A stretch of 64,000 nucleotides of DNA from a virus, in IMG/VR virus record IMGVR_UViG_3300020416_000001, positions 64,001 through 128,000 of that record; one strand, written 5' to 3'. Below, piece after piece: positions 1 through 12,100 of the stretch (the first letter of the stretch is position 1; each line of letters starts with the position of its first letter). The notes below the pieces were generated by a model that was not told where the DNA came from, made no database searches, and saw nothing but the letters and a program-made list of their open reading frames with translations. The translations under genes and the position numbers were made by a program.

Positions 1-2
1 CT

Positions 3-1016
3 GAATACCCATCTGGTACGTTTGCGTACTTTATGTCGATTCACGATGATCTTTCTGATAATAGAACTTTCGTTGTCACCGTCTCAGCAGAAGATGATGG
101 CAACAAATACAGACTTGATGGCGTTTTATATCCTGACATAACTCTTACCAAGGGTTCTACTTACATATTTGATCAAAGTGACTCTTCAAACGCCACACAC
201 AATCTTCGACTCTCAGCAACCCTAAACGGACCTTGGAATCTGGGAACCGAATACACTGACGGAGTAACTTATGAAGGAACTCCAGGTCAGGCAGGTGCTA
301 GGACTATAATTACAGTTCCTCAAGATGCTCCTGCAAATCTATATTATTATTGCCAAAACCATTCAGGTATGGCAAATAATGCAGTCGGTACTGTGATTGC
401 AGATATGAGTTATGAACCTAAGTTTCCATTCATCTTTGGACTTGTTTCAAAAGAACAGGTAAATGTTCCTGCCAACCAAGGTATTCAACAGGAGCAGCAA
501 TCAGGTGGTGGTGGAGACCAAGGTGGTGGAGATGAACCAGACCCACCATCTCTCGTGATCAGTAACCAACCAACTAATGCAACCATTGCTAACGGTGGAA
601 CTCAAACGTTCTCTGTTCTAGCAGAGGTTCAACCACAAGCAGGAACTATTAACTACCAGTGGCAGGTCTCCACTGATGGTGGTTTTGCTTGGTCCAATAT
701 CACTGGTGCAACATCTTCAACTTATCAGATTGTCGCACTATCTTTTATGACTGGATATAGATATAGAGTAGTGCTAACAGGTCCCATTGGTGAACCTCAA
801 CAAGCACAGAACTCTCCTCTATCATCTAACCTTGCTATCCTAACCGTTACTGGTGGTACCAGTGGCGAAGATACATCAGGTGTTTTGAAATGGGATAGTA
901 CCGTTGGACGTTATGATATGACTTCCGTTCCGTTTGACAGGGATAATAACAATCCTGGTTTCACAACGAACACTATAAGATTTGACCAAACCAATTATGA
1001 GTTCGACCTCACATAA
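3..1016 (+). CDS. 5'-truncated virion protein: YHYH-like C-terminal part, inserted cupredoxin-like module, Ig-like domain
   Basis: Frame is open from the window edge (EYPSGTFAYFM...PKFPFIFG). Contains YYCQNHSGM and an Ig-like stretch ISNQP...YQWQ...YRYRV. Confidence 0.65.
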   Translation, partial: EYPSGTFAYFMSIHDDLSDNRTFVVTVSAEDDGNKYRLDGVLYPDITLTKGSTYIFDQSDSSNATHNLRLSATLNGPWNLGTEYTDGVTYEGTPGQAGARTIITVPQDAPANLYYYCQNHSGMANNAVGTVIADMSYEPKFPFIFGLVSKEQVNVPANQGIQQEQQSGGGGDQGGGDEPDPPSLVISNQPTNATIANGGTQTFSVLAEVQPQAGTINYQWQVSTDGGFAWSNITGATSSTYQIVALSFMTGYRYRVVLTGPIGEPQQAQNSPLSSNLAILTVTGGTSGEDTSGVLKWDSTVGRYDMTSVPFDRDNNNPGFTTNTIRFDQTNYEFDLT

Positions 1017-1019
1017 ATA
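1012..1019 (+). promoter_or_regulatory. T4-type late promoter
   Basis: CATAAATA ending 24 nt before the ATG at 1044. Confidence 0.7.
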
Positions 1020-1043
1020 AAACTGTAGAAAAACCCCACCGCT

Positions 1044-2720
1044 ATGGCTAAGCAAAATCTTAACATTGGTGTGTCAGCAAATGACGGCACTGGTGATACC
1101 CTAAGAGATGGTGCTATTAAACTCAATAACGTTATTAACGAGTTATATACCTTTCTGGGAGACAACACAAACCTACAAATTAGTGTCGGGAGTCCGTCAA
1201 CTAATCAGGTTCTAAAATGGAATGGTTCAGTATTCACTGAAGGTCAACTTTCTGTTTCTAATCTTACCGATATTGATGTTAGCGGTGTCAGTAACGGTCA
1301 AGTTCTGAAGTGGAACGAGGCAAACGCTCGTTGGCAAGCAGGGGATGATCTACAAGGTGGTGGAGGCGGTGGTTCTTCTATTACTAATTTGTCAAACAAC
1401 GGATCGGGTAACGTTGTTATCGACACACATTTCCTTCCTAACTCAGATGCAACATACGATCTGGGTTCACCCTCACTGAAGTTCAGAGACTTATACCTTG
1501 ATGAATCTACCCTTTGGATGGGTGACACAGGTATCTCTACTGACTCAGTAACACAAGAAATCAGTCGCAGAAAGAGAAAGGAGCACACTGTTAATAGTAT
1601 TGACACTGGTGCTACCCGTACTATTGCATCTAAACTCGCTTCCGAAGATTCTACACAGGAAGAGGCGTTTAGAACTAGGTTCTCAGCGATGAAAGGAGAC
1701 ACTAAGTTAGAGATCGAAGATGCCACTGGTGCTAAAGCGACGGTTACCTTCAACTCATTCACTGCTGAAAACGGTGGAGCACGTGGATATATAACAACAA
1801 CTGCTGTAGGTGCTAACCAATCACAAGAACTATCGGTTTCAAGTGCTGTTAAGATCACATCATATAACCGTGTGGTATCTGAGGATGAAGGTGGAAACAT
1901 CGAACTCGGTGGTCAGTCACTGAAGTTTGCTGCAGGTAAAGAACTTAAATTCGATGATGATGGAACACTTGAACTTCCTTCAAACTCTTCTATTCGTTTT
2001 GGTGATAGTGGCTCTACGAAGGTCATTGCTATGGACGGTAGCGGTAATTTGGACCTTGCTGTTGGTACTGACATTCGTTTTGGTGGCGATGCTGCTAAGT
2101 CAATCAAGTTTGATGGATCTGGTAACCTTGAAGTCCCAGACACTGCAGAAATTCGTTTCGGATCTGGCGGAACTAAGAAGATAAAATTTGACGGATCTAA
2201 TAACTTAGAACTTCCTGCATCTTCTGAGATCAAGATCGGTACTAAGAGAATGAAGATTGGTACCAATGGTGAACTTGAAGTTGCAAATGATGGTACTAAC
2301 TTTACTGAAGTTGGTGGTGGATTCCAGTCACAGGTCAACAGTGCTCCTGTTGGATCATCAATCATCAAGGGTGCAGGTACATCGGGCACGGTACATAAAC
2401 CTTCACCTACAATCTTGTTCAGATTTACTGCAGTTGGATCTTCCAGTTACACAGTAAACGGACCAGGATTGCCTTCAGGTGGTGCTGCTGATGCTACTTT
2501 GGTTCTCTATCGTGGATTTACATATGACTTCCACAACCAAGCAGGGGGTGCACACCCACTAGCAATCAGAACTTCATCTGGTGGTTCTACATACACAACT
2601 GGTGTTAGTGGTTCCAACACAGGAATCCAAACATTCACCGTACCGATGGATGCACCTAACACTCTTTATTATCAGTGCACCATTCATAGTGGAATGATTG
2701 GAACCCTCGATATAAGGTAA
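1044..2720 (+). CDS. baseplate/fibre-connector protein with gp9/gp10-like N-terminus, ~25-aa repeats and C-terminal cupredoxin-like domain
   Basis: MAKQNLNIGVSANDGTGDTLRDGAIKLN is the T4 gp9/gp10 N-terminal motif; the protein ends LYYQCTIHSGMIGTL. Confidence 0.75.
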   Translation: MAKQNLNIGVSANDGTGDTLRDGAIKLNNVINELYTFLGDNTNLQISVGSPSTNQVLKWNGSVFTEGQLSVSNLTDIDVSGVSNGQVLKWNEANARWQAGDDLQGGGGGGSSITNLSNNGSGNVVIDTHFLPNSDATYDLGSPSLKFRDLYLDESTLWMGDTGISTDSVTQEISRRKRKEHTVNSIDTGATRTIASKLASEDSTQEEAFRTRFSAMKGDTKLEIEDATGAKATVTFNSFTAENGGARGYITTTAVGANQSQELSVSSAVKITSYNRVVSEDEGGNIELGGQSLKFAAGKELKFDDDGTLELPSNSSIRFGDSGSTKVIAMDGSGNLDLAVGTDIRFGGDAAKSIKFDGSGNLEVPDTAEIRFGSGGTKKIKFDGSNNLELPASSEIKIGTKRMKIGTNGELEVANDGTNFTEVGGGFQSQVNSAPVGSSIIKGAGTSGTVHKPSPTILFRFTAVGSSSYTVNGPGLPSGGAADATLVLYRGFTYDFHNQAGGAHPLAIRTSSGGSTYTTGVSGSNTGIQTFTVPMDAPNTLYYQCTIHSGMIGTLDIR

Positions 2721-2724
2721 TTAA

Positions 2725-4596
2725 ATGCCAAGAACAGTACCTGGAAGTGGAGCGATTATTGAACCTATCTTTAACTCTATATTCGGAGTAAGAGAGGTTT
2801 ATGTAATAGATGGTGGAAACGGATACAACTCATCCGATCCTCCACAACTCAAAGTCGGTAACTGTGGTACCCCAATTAGAGAAGCAGTATTGCAACCTAT
2901 CATTAGTAACGGTCAAATTGCTTCTGTACGAGTTTTGGATCCTGGCGAAGGGTACGATCCATTCAGAATTGAATTAGAAACAGAAGGAGACGGTCACGGT
3001 GCAGTTGCTAAGGCAATCTTGTATGAACAGGATGAACTTGCACCTGATGGTACTATCATTGCTCCTGCAGGTTCTATTCAATACATACAAGTTTTGTCTA
3101 ACGGTGATGAATACTACTCATCTCCCACGACTGCCGAAGTAAAAGGTGGTGGTGGATCTGGTGCTGAACTTCGTCCTGTTGTTGGTCTTGTTACTGGTTT
3201 GTCTTTGGAAAACCAAGGATCAAACTATGAGTTGGGAGACATCAACTTAGTTGTCTCTGGTGGCGGGGGGCAAGGTGCAACTGGCGTTGCTGAGGTGGAT
3301 GAATTTGGCGTTGTCAAATCTATCGACGTCTCCAACGTTGGTGAGTTTTACGAAACTGCACCTACTATCCTACTTAACGGTGGTGGTGGATCTGGTTCTG
3401 TTGCGAAAGCAAATATTGATCTAGGTTCTATTACATCAATCGATGTTATCAACCCTGGTGGTGGATACTCGTCTGCACCCTCTGTCTTGTTCACAAGAAA
3501 CACTGACTTGACTAAAGAGTCAAGAAACCGTCAATCATTTAACTCTAATCTCTATAACATATCTGGTCTACTTGCAGACGTAGACGAGAATGATCAAACC
3601 ATTTATGTACAAACAACTGCTCCTTATCCTGGTTCAGGCAAAATTCTTATCGGTCGAGAAGTTATCCGATATACGGGTAAAACACTTACCTCCTTCACTG
3701 GTTGCGACCGTGCTCTCAATTTCCGATATGATCAAAAGGTAACTGTTGATTCTCTAGCAGACGTAAATGGTGTCTCGGGTTATAACTTTAACGTTGGAGA
3801 CAGAGTTATTAGAACTACAGAAAGTTCTAGTAATAAGATTGCTAGAGTGTATGACTGGATCCCATCACAAAGGGCACTCTTCCTCGTGTTTGAGGTTGAC
3901 GAACTTGCATTTATTGATGGTGGATCGTCACAAGTTAAGTCGCAGGTTATTGACTTTTCTGGTGGTGTTGCTTCAGCATCTGCAACTGGTGTTGAACCTC
4001 ACGTACTAATTGATCTTGCTGATGCACAGATCATAACCTTGACTGTTCCTATTAGTTTCATTCAAGATAAAGCGTTTGAAGATGATGATGAAGCAAGTGG
4101 TGCAGGTGATGGCATACCTGATTTGGTAAATACTAATACTGACTTTGAAGGAGAGATCAACCTTGACGGTGGAATTTCTTCTTCACTTTATGGTATTGAA
4201 GAAACTGTTGGTGGTACTAATACCACTTTGTTTGCGATTGGAGATCAAATGACTGATGGTTCCAATCCTCCACTATCTCCCACAGTGTCTCTAGCAGGAG
4301 AACTTGGAGATGGTGATGTGCATCCTGCCTTGGTGCAATTCCAAATGCGTAGTACCAATCCTGAGAATGGAAACTTTACAGTTTCAGAAACTGTTACAGG
4401 ATCCATTACTGGTATTACTGCTACTGTGAAGTCTTGGGACAATGCAACCAAGATATTGATAGTTGAAAATGTAGTAGGTAATTCAGGCAACTTCCTTTGG
4501 AATAACAACGAAACTGTTACTGGCGGTTCGACAGGAACAGTGGGCACACCACTGAGAATTGAGTATCTCTCATACCTCAGAAACGAACCCGACTAA
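2725..4596 (+). CDS. baseplate wedge protein (cyanophage gp7-like)
   Basis: Repeated I-x-V-x-N-x-G-x-GY...P...GGGG-x-GA units; lies directly before gp8. Confidence 0.6.
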   Translation: MPRTVPGSGAIIEPIFNSIFGVREVYVIDGGNGYNSSDPPQLKVGNCGTPIREAVLQPIISNGQIASVRVLDPGEGYDPFRIELETEGDGHGAVAKAILYEQDELAPDGTIIAPAGSIQYIQVLSNGDEYYSSPTTAEVKGGGGSGAELRPVVGLVTGLSLENQGSNYELGDINLVVSGGGGQGATGVAEVDEFGVVKSIDVSNVGEFYETAPTILLNGGGGSGSVAKANIDLGSITSIDVINPGGGYSSAPSVLFTRNTDLTKESRNRQSFNSNLYNISGLLADVDENDQTIYVQTTAPYPGSGKILIGREVIRYTGKTLTSFTGCDRALNFRYDQKVTVDSLADVNGVSGYNFNVGDRVIRTTESSSNKIARVYDWIPSQRALFLVFEVDELAFIDGGSSQVKSQVIDFSGGVASASATGVEPHVLIDLADAQIITLTVPISFIQDKAFEDDDEASGAGDGIPDLVNTNTDFEGEINLDGGISSSLYGIEETVGGTNTTLFAIGDQMTDGSNPPLSPTVSLAGELGDGDVHPALVQFQMRSTNPENGNFTVSETVTGSITGITATVKSWDNATKILIVENVVGNSGNFLWNNNETVTGGSTGTVGTPLRIEYLSYLRNEPD

Positions 4597-4602
4597 AACC
4601 CT

Positions 4603-4610
4603 CATAAATA
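4603..4610 (+). promoter_or_regulatory. late promoter
   Basis: CATAAATA before gp8. Confidence 0.7.
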
Positions 4611-4632
4611 AAGAGAAGGTAGAAATTGTCCA

Positions 4633-6168
4633 ATGGCACTACTTACTGACCAATTTAGAATTTTTACTGCGGAAAAATTCATCAAATCACTGGAAGGTCC
4701 TGACAAAAATCAGTCAGACATCGCGGCTGGTGTAAATAGGGATCGTCTATATGTGTACATTGGACGTCCTCAAGAATGGGATAACGAGAACAACCCTCCG
4801 ACTCCTGTAGATTCTTTTCAGGAATTTTCTGACTCCTTCGATGATATGATCTCGATGAAGCGTGTTCTTGCGAACGACGCTGTTCAGGTTATTCGTCGTA
4901 TTGACTGGATCCCACCCGAACAAACCACTGGTGGTTTGGGTTATGTGTACGATATGTATCGTCACGATTATAGTTCCAGTAAAACTGCATCTTCTGGTGC
5001 TACTAAACTGTACGACGCTGATTTTTACGTTGTTAACTCATCGTATCAAACTTATAAATGCATTTACAATGGTACATCCCCCTCTGACCCGAACGGAAAA
5101 CCTTCTACGGTTGAACCTACAGGTACTTCGACTTCAATTATCACTACTGCTGATGGTTATCGTTGGAAGTATATGTACACAATTCCTGTTGGACAGGTTC
5201 TAAAGTTCTTCTCAGGCGACTATATGCCTGTGTTGGTTGATACTGCTGTGGTATCTGATGCTGTGGGTGGTGAGATTGACACTGTTGTTATCCAATCTGC
5301 AGGTTCTGGATACAACAACGGTACATATGAAAACATCCCCATCAAGGGTGATGGTACTGGTGGAAGAATATCTGTTGTGGTTGACGGTGGTCGTATCGTC
5401 TCTGCTACTGTAACTTCTGGTGGTGCAAACTACTCCTTCGGTAAAGTTATTATTGACGAGATCAACGGTATCGGTTCTGGTACTGGATCTGGTGGTGCTA
5501 TCGATGTGATCATTCCTCCTAAAGGTGGACACGGTTCAGGTCCACAAATTGAGTTAGGTGGATTCCGTGTAATGATCAACACCAAGTTCACATACGATGA
5601 AGGTTCTGGAGATTTCCCAACTGACAACGATTACCGTCGTATCGGTTTGGTTCTCAACCCTCTGAAGTTTGGAACTGAAGAATTGGCAGACGCTATTACT
5701 TTGTCTGCTACTAACGCTGTGATTTTCTCGCCCGATTTCACAGGTTCATTTAATACTGACGAAATTATTACTCAAACTCGTACTGTTGGTGGTCAGCAAG
5801 TGACTGCTAGAGGACGAGTTGTGTCTTGGAACTCCACAACAAAGGTTCTGAAGTATTACCAAAACAGAGTCGATGGTATCTTCCCTGAGATCTCTGGTAA
5901 TAAAACAGTCTTTGACGGTGGTAACACTGTTGTTGGTTCAGGTTCTGGTACTTCTGCCGACCCTGATATTAACTTCCCTATTGTTCCTGGTGAAGCGACT
6001 CGTGTTATTAACAACACTGAGTATGACCTAGGTATGTCATTCACATCTGGTTACGCCAAACCCGAAGTGAAAAAAGACTCTGGAAAAGTGATCTACATAG
6101 ACAATAGGAGAGCAATCTCTCGTGCAGGCGACCAAATTGAAGACATCAAGATCGTAGTAGAGTTCTAA
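4633..6168 (+). CDS. gp8: baseplate wedge subunit gp8
   Basis: YVYIGRPQEW, VIRRIDW, YKCIYN, DGYRWKYMY, C-terminal IYIDNRRAISRAGDQIEDIKIVVEF. Confidence 0.9.
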   Translation: MALLTDQFRIFTAEKFIKSLEGPDKNQSDIAAGVNRDRLYVYIGRPQEWDNENNPPTPVDSFQEFSDSFDDMISMKRVLANDAVQVIRRIDWIPPEQTTGGLGYVYDMYRHDYSSSKTASSGATKLYDADFYVVNSSYQTYKCIYNGTSPSDPNGKPSTVEPTGTSTSIITTADGYRWKYMYTIPVGQVLKFFSGDYMPVLVDTAVVSDAVGGEIDTVVIQSAGSGYNNGTYENIPIKGDGTGGRISVVVDGGRIVSATVTSGGANYSFGKVIIDEINGIGSGTGSGGAIDVIIPPKGGHGSGPQIELGGFRVMINTKFTYDEGSGDFPTDNDYRRIGLVLNPLKFGTEELADAITLSATNAVIFSPDFTGSFNTDEIITQTRTVGGQQVTARGRVVSWNSTTKVLKYYQNRVDGIFPEISGNKTVFDGGNTVVGSGSGTSADPDINFPIVPGEATRVINNTEYDLGMSFTSGYAKPEVKKDSGKVIYIDNRRAISRAGDQIEDIKIVVEF

Positions 6169-6172
6169 AACA

Positions 6173-9100
6173 ATGCCTCAGAATACCAATCTGAATATCG
6201 CCCCTTATTTCGACGATTTCGATAAGGCGAATAATTTCTACCGAGTGCTATTCCGCCCTGGGTATCCTATCCAAGCTCGTGAACTGACGACGCTTCAATC
6301 TCTGATGCAAAATCAGGTTGAATCGTTTGGTACACATATGTTCAAGGATGGCAGTATGGTCATCCCTGGTCAGATTGGTTACGACCTCGACGCCAAAGCA
6401 GTTATCCTGCAGGGGTCATTCTTGGGTGCTGATGTTGAACAATATAGAGATCAGATTACAGGTACTATTGTCGAAGGTTTGACAACTGGTATCAAGGCAA
6501 AAGTTTTATTCAGTATTTCTTCTACTGAATCAGAGCGTGGTTATATCACTTTATACGTTAAGTATTTGACATCTGGTGGTGAAGATAGTGACACCAGACA
6601 ATTTGTAAATAACGAGCAGTTGATCTGTGCTTCAGAAATTACTTTCGGTTCATCTCTAATTGAGATCGGAACTCCTTTTGCACAGTTACTTCCAACTAAC
6701 TCTACTGCTGTAGGTTCTACTGCAGCGATAGCACAAGGTGTCTATTTTATTAGAGGACACTTTGTAGATGTTAATGCTCAAACTATTATTCTAGATCAAT
6801 ATACAAACAACCCTTCATATAGAATCGGTCTAGAAATTTTTGAATCTATTGTTACTCCTGAAGATGATCCTAGTCTAAATGACAATGCAACTGGTACGTC
6901 TAACTACTCTGCTCCTGGTGCTCATAGGTTTAGAATCAGGACTTCCCTCGTCAAGAAGGTTATTGATGATGACACCGACAAGAACTTCATCGAACTTTTA
7001 AGAATTAACAAATCTCAAGTTGAGTCATTTGTTGAGAGAACTGCATATAACGAATTAGAAAAAGAACTTGCTAGAAGAACCTTTGACGAATCAGGTGACT
7101 ATACTGTTCGTGATTACGATGTTCGTGTTAGAGAACACTTGAACGATGGTTCTAACGGTGGTGTTTATCTCCCTGGTGAGAATTCACCTGCAGGACTTGG
7201 AGCATCTTCTGCACACTATGCTGTTGAGATTGGACCTGGTAAGGCATACGTTAGAGGTTTTGAGTCTGAGACTCTTGTTCCTACATTCATTGACTTAGCA
7301 AAACCAAGAGATACTCTTGCTTTACAGAACTCAATCATTCCGTTTGAGTTGGGTCAGTATATGTTGATGAGTAATGTGAAGGGATCACCTATCATCAACG
7401 GTAACAATATTACTGCTAACTATCAGGTTATTGAGTTTAGAGATCAATTCCAGAATGGTAACCTCTCTAGTCAAGGACAGATTGTTGCACTTGGTCGTAT
7501 CGCTGCATACGAATATCATAGTGGTACTACTGTTAACTCAACTAACACAGTTTTCAAGGCATACATTTTCGATCTACAACCTCTAACAATCTTCAAGACC
7601 GATGCTGCCGTTACACTTACTCAAGGTCACGTTATCAGAGGACGTACTTCTAAAGCAAAAGCATTTGTTGAAGGCGATGTTAGTGGCGGACAAATCTTCA
7701 ATGTTTATCAGGTTTATGGTACATTCCGAAATGGGGAGATACTTGAGCGTGATGGTATTGAAATCGGTACTCTAAACGATCACTTCTCGTTTGAAGTTAC
7801 AGATGCTCGTTCAATGATCGGTAGAGATCCAGATACAAATAATATTAGATTTGCAGGTGACCTTCTAACTGATGCTCAAGTTGTAATTGTTGGTACAAAC
7901 TTCAATCTTAGTTCTGGTGGTGCTACTGGTACATTGACTGGTACACAGTCTAACTTTACCTTGGACATCAGACCTAATGACATCTTTACACAGAATGGAA
8001 CTAATAGTCTGTTAATTGACAGGATTAGCACCATCTCAGGTAATATTGATAATAAGATCACAACTGCTACAACTGCTAGTTACTCTGGTAACAACATTGC
8101 TGCAGGAGATTATGGATTCTTAGTTAGATTGCGTCCACAAATCTATGATAGAGAAACTGCTGACCTTATGATCGAGATGCCTAAGGAATCTATCAACCAG
8201 ATTTCTGACGAATCTTGTATCGTTGCACGTTCTTTTGACGACATCACAGTTACAGGTGCTAATGACTTTACGATCTCACTACCTGCTGACGAACAGTTCC
8301 TTGCATATGATAAGGATCATTATCAATTAGTATCTCTTGCACCTACCCCAGGTACATTGATTGACATTGAATCAAGTCTTGCATTTAACAGCACTGGTAC
8401 ACCTAGAACTTCACTGACTGTTTCTGGTCTAACTGGTGTTACATCTTGTCGTTTGATTGCTTCTATCTCTAAGAACCAAGCAGAGAAGAAGTTGAAGAAT
8501 GCTACACAGATGGAAGTTATGAAGGTTGAGAGAACCAGTAACTCATCTGATAGCGTCAAGTATGGTCTTGCATACGGTTCATTGTATGGTACTCGTATTG
8601 AAGATGAAGAGATCTCACTTGGATCTACAGACGTTTATAATATTCACGCTATCTACGAATCAGTTGATAACAATCCTGCAGTAATTCCTAACTTGCAGAT
8701 GCAAGATGCAACTATCTTCAAGGAAGGTACTGTTATTGAGGGACAGACATCTAAAGCAAAAGCACGTGTTGTAAACTTCAACGCTGTATCATATATCTGT
8801 CATTTTGTTTATGAGAATGATCAGTTCTTCCAGTTAGGTGAAACTGTTCGTGGTTTTGATGCTAATGATGAGGTTATCACAGGTCTAATTAACGATGCTG
8901 AAGGTAGTATCAATAATGGATCTAGGAACATTACTTCCGATTACTTCCTCGATCCTAACCAGAAGGGTCACTTCTACGACATTTCTAAACTAATTCGTTA
9001 TGCATCATCAACTAAACCTCTAAGAAAATTGATGATTGTGTTTGATAGGTTCACTCACGAAGCAACGGGTGACTATTTTGCAGCACAATCTTATGTTGGT

Positions 9101-12100
9101 ATTGACTATGGTAGGATCCCATCATTTACAGAGAATGGTATTACCAAAGAGTTGAGAGATGTTCTTGACTTTAGACCTGCTGTTACTCCTGTTCTTTCAG
9201 GATCTGGTACTGTTGGATCACCTTATTATGTAAACTGTGCATCACTTGACTTCAAAGATAGAGGATTCTCCTCTGGTGGTGTTGCAAACAATGCTACGGT
9301 TATTGATATTCCAAAACCTGAGTCTGACTTCCGTTGTGACTATGACTATTACCTTGGTAGAGTTGACAAATTATTCCTAACTAATCAGCAAGAATTTAAG
9401 ATTGCTAAAGGTATCTCTGGTGAAAACCAAGAACTTCCTGCAGATATGGATAATGCAATGTTGCTTGCAACATTCTTCCACAAACCATATGGTTACAGTC
9501 CTGACGATGTAAGAATCTCTAGAGAGAACAACCGTAGATTCACTATGCGTGACATCGGTAGAATTGAAAAGAGAGTTGATAACCTTGAGTATTACACATC
9601 TCTAAACCTTCTTGAGATGGAAACTGCATCATTCTCTGTTAAGGATGCTGATGGTTTCGATAAGTTCAAGAATGGATTCCTAGTTGATAACTTTACATCA
9701 TTCGATTCTGCTCAAACTGTACACGAAGACTTTGCTTGTGCTCTTGACTTCAGAGAAGGCATCTTAAGAGCAGCACATTATACAACAAACGTTTCTCTTG
9801 AGTATAACGATACTGCATCGACAGATATGACTAATCATTCTGTTGGTACATTGACTCTTCCATACAATGAGATTCAGTTTATTGTTCAACCATATGCATC
9901 AAGAGTTGAGAATGTAAACCCATTCAACGTGTTTGCTTATATCGGTAGATTGGATCTATTCCCATCATCTGATGACTGGGTAGCAGAAGAAAGAGAACCA
10001 GATAGAGTTGTTAACATTGAAGGTGACTTTACTGCAAGAGTTCAAGCACTTGGTGGTGATAGCAACACAGGTTTCGTTCCTACACAGTGGAACTCTTGGA
10101 GAACTAACTGGTCTTCTAGCAGCACTTCATCTTCATCTCAGTTTATGAGAAGAGGTCACTGGCCGTTCATTAGAAGAATCAATACAAATACTACTACCAC
10201 AGTTTCATCACAATCTAGAACTGGTATTAGAACTAACGTTGTTCCTAGGATTGACCGTCAGTCTCTTGGTGACAGAGTTATTGAGCGTACAGTTATTCCG
10301 TTCATTAGATCAAGAAACATTGCATTTAAGATTCAGCGTCTGAAACCAAACACTAGATTCTATGCATTTATTGACAATGTTAATATTAATTTCTACACAA
10401 CTCCTAGATTGTTAGAAGTTATTAAGAATCCTATTGATGATACAAGAACAAACAACACTCCTTTTGTTGTAGGAGAAACAGTTGTTGGACAAACATCAGA
10501 TTGTCATTTGAAGTTGATGGATCCTAACGTTGGATTCGATGATGATATTAACCCATTTGATAGCAGTGAACTACCTAGTTCTTATGCATCAACAACCCCT
10601 CTCTTGAACATTGACACTAAGATTATGTCAGAGACGGTTGCAGGTCAATACTACGGTAACCCTCTAGAAGGTGAGATCCTTGTTGGTCAAACCTCTGGTG
10701 CTCGTGCTGTTGTTAAGACTAAGCGTCTCGTTGCAAACACTAACGGTGACCTAGAAGGTATTATCTGGATTCCTAATCCTGGTGTTGATACCAACCCAAG
10801 ATTTGCTACAGGTACAAGAGTTGTCAGACTAACAACATCTGCAACTGACTCTAGAGTTCCAGGTCAGGTTGACTCTGCAGCATCTGCAAACTACGTTGCA
10901 TCTGGTGTTATTGAGACTAAGCAAACAACTATCCTTGCTGTTAGAAACGCTGACATCGTTAGAGACACAGTTACTCAAGGTAGAACTGTTAATAGTTCTA
11001 GCACATCTACAAGAGACACAGGTTGGTATGACCCTCTTGCTCAATCATTCTTGGTTGAGTCTAAGGGTGGTGCATTCTTGACTGGTGCTGAACTGTACTT
11101 CAATACTAAGGATGAGAGAATCCCAGTATCTGTACAGGTTAGAGAGATGGCAAATGGTTATCCAACCACTAAAGTTCTTGCATTCTCTGACGTTACACTT
11201 CTTCCTTCACAGATTAACCTTTCTGAGAATGGAACAGTCTCTACTAAGTTTACATTCCCATCACCTGTATATGTGACAGAGAATAGAGAGTATTGTTTGG
11301 TTGTTCTTTCTGACTCAAACGAATACAAACTCTGGATCTCCAGAATGGGTGAAGACGATATTACAAACGATAGAACGATCTCTGAGCAACCATATGCAGG
11401 TGTGCTCTTCAAATCACAGAACGCTTCTACTTGGACTGCTGACCAGTATGAGGATCTTAAGTTTATCCTTCATAAGGCAGAGTTTACGATGAATAAAGTA
11501 GGAACTGCAGTATTCAACAACTCAGAACTTGCTCTTGGTAATGGTGGTATCAGCAGATTGCGTCACAATCCTATTGAAACACTGAAACCACAACTTAAGA
11601 TTATCCTTTCTGATCACATTGCTAACTTCACAATCGGTGCTGAGATTACTCAGACTGATACTAACCCAGTTCCTTCTGCTATTGTTCGTGAAGTTGTACA
11701 AGGTATCTCAGGTTCATCTAACGCTTACATCATTGTTGATGATGTTCAGGGTGAATTCAGGGAAGGTGTTGCATCTGGTGCAAACTACATCTATAGATTA
11801 GTATCATCTAGATCTATCGCTAACCTTACACTGACTGGTGTCACAGGTACATTCCAAGTTGATGAGACAATCACCAATGGTAGTGGTGCCTCTGGTATGG
11901 TTACTGCATTCAATGCAGGTACAGGTGTCCTAACTGTTAAGTCGGTCACTGGTACATTTAACGCTGCCGATCCTATTACACAAACTGTCGGTGGTTCAAC
12001 TGTTGGATCAGGTACGGTTGCATCTGGTGGTGTTGCACTTTCTGGTGATGACATCAATGATTATCCTGCTGCTCCAATCTCATACTTCAACAGAGCGACT

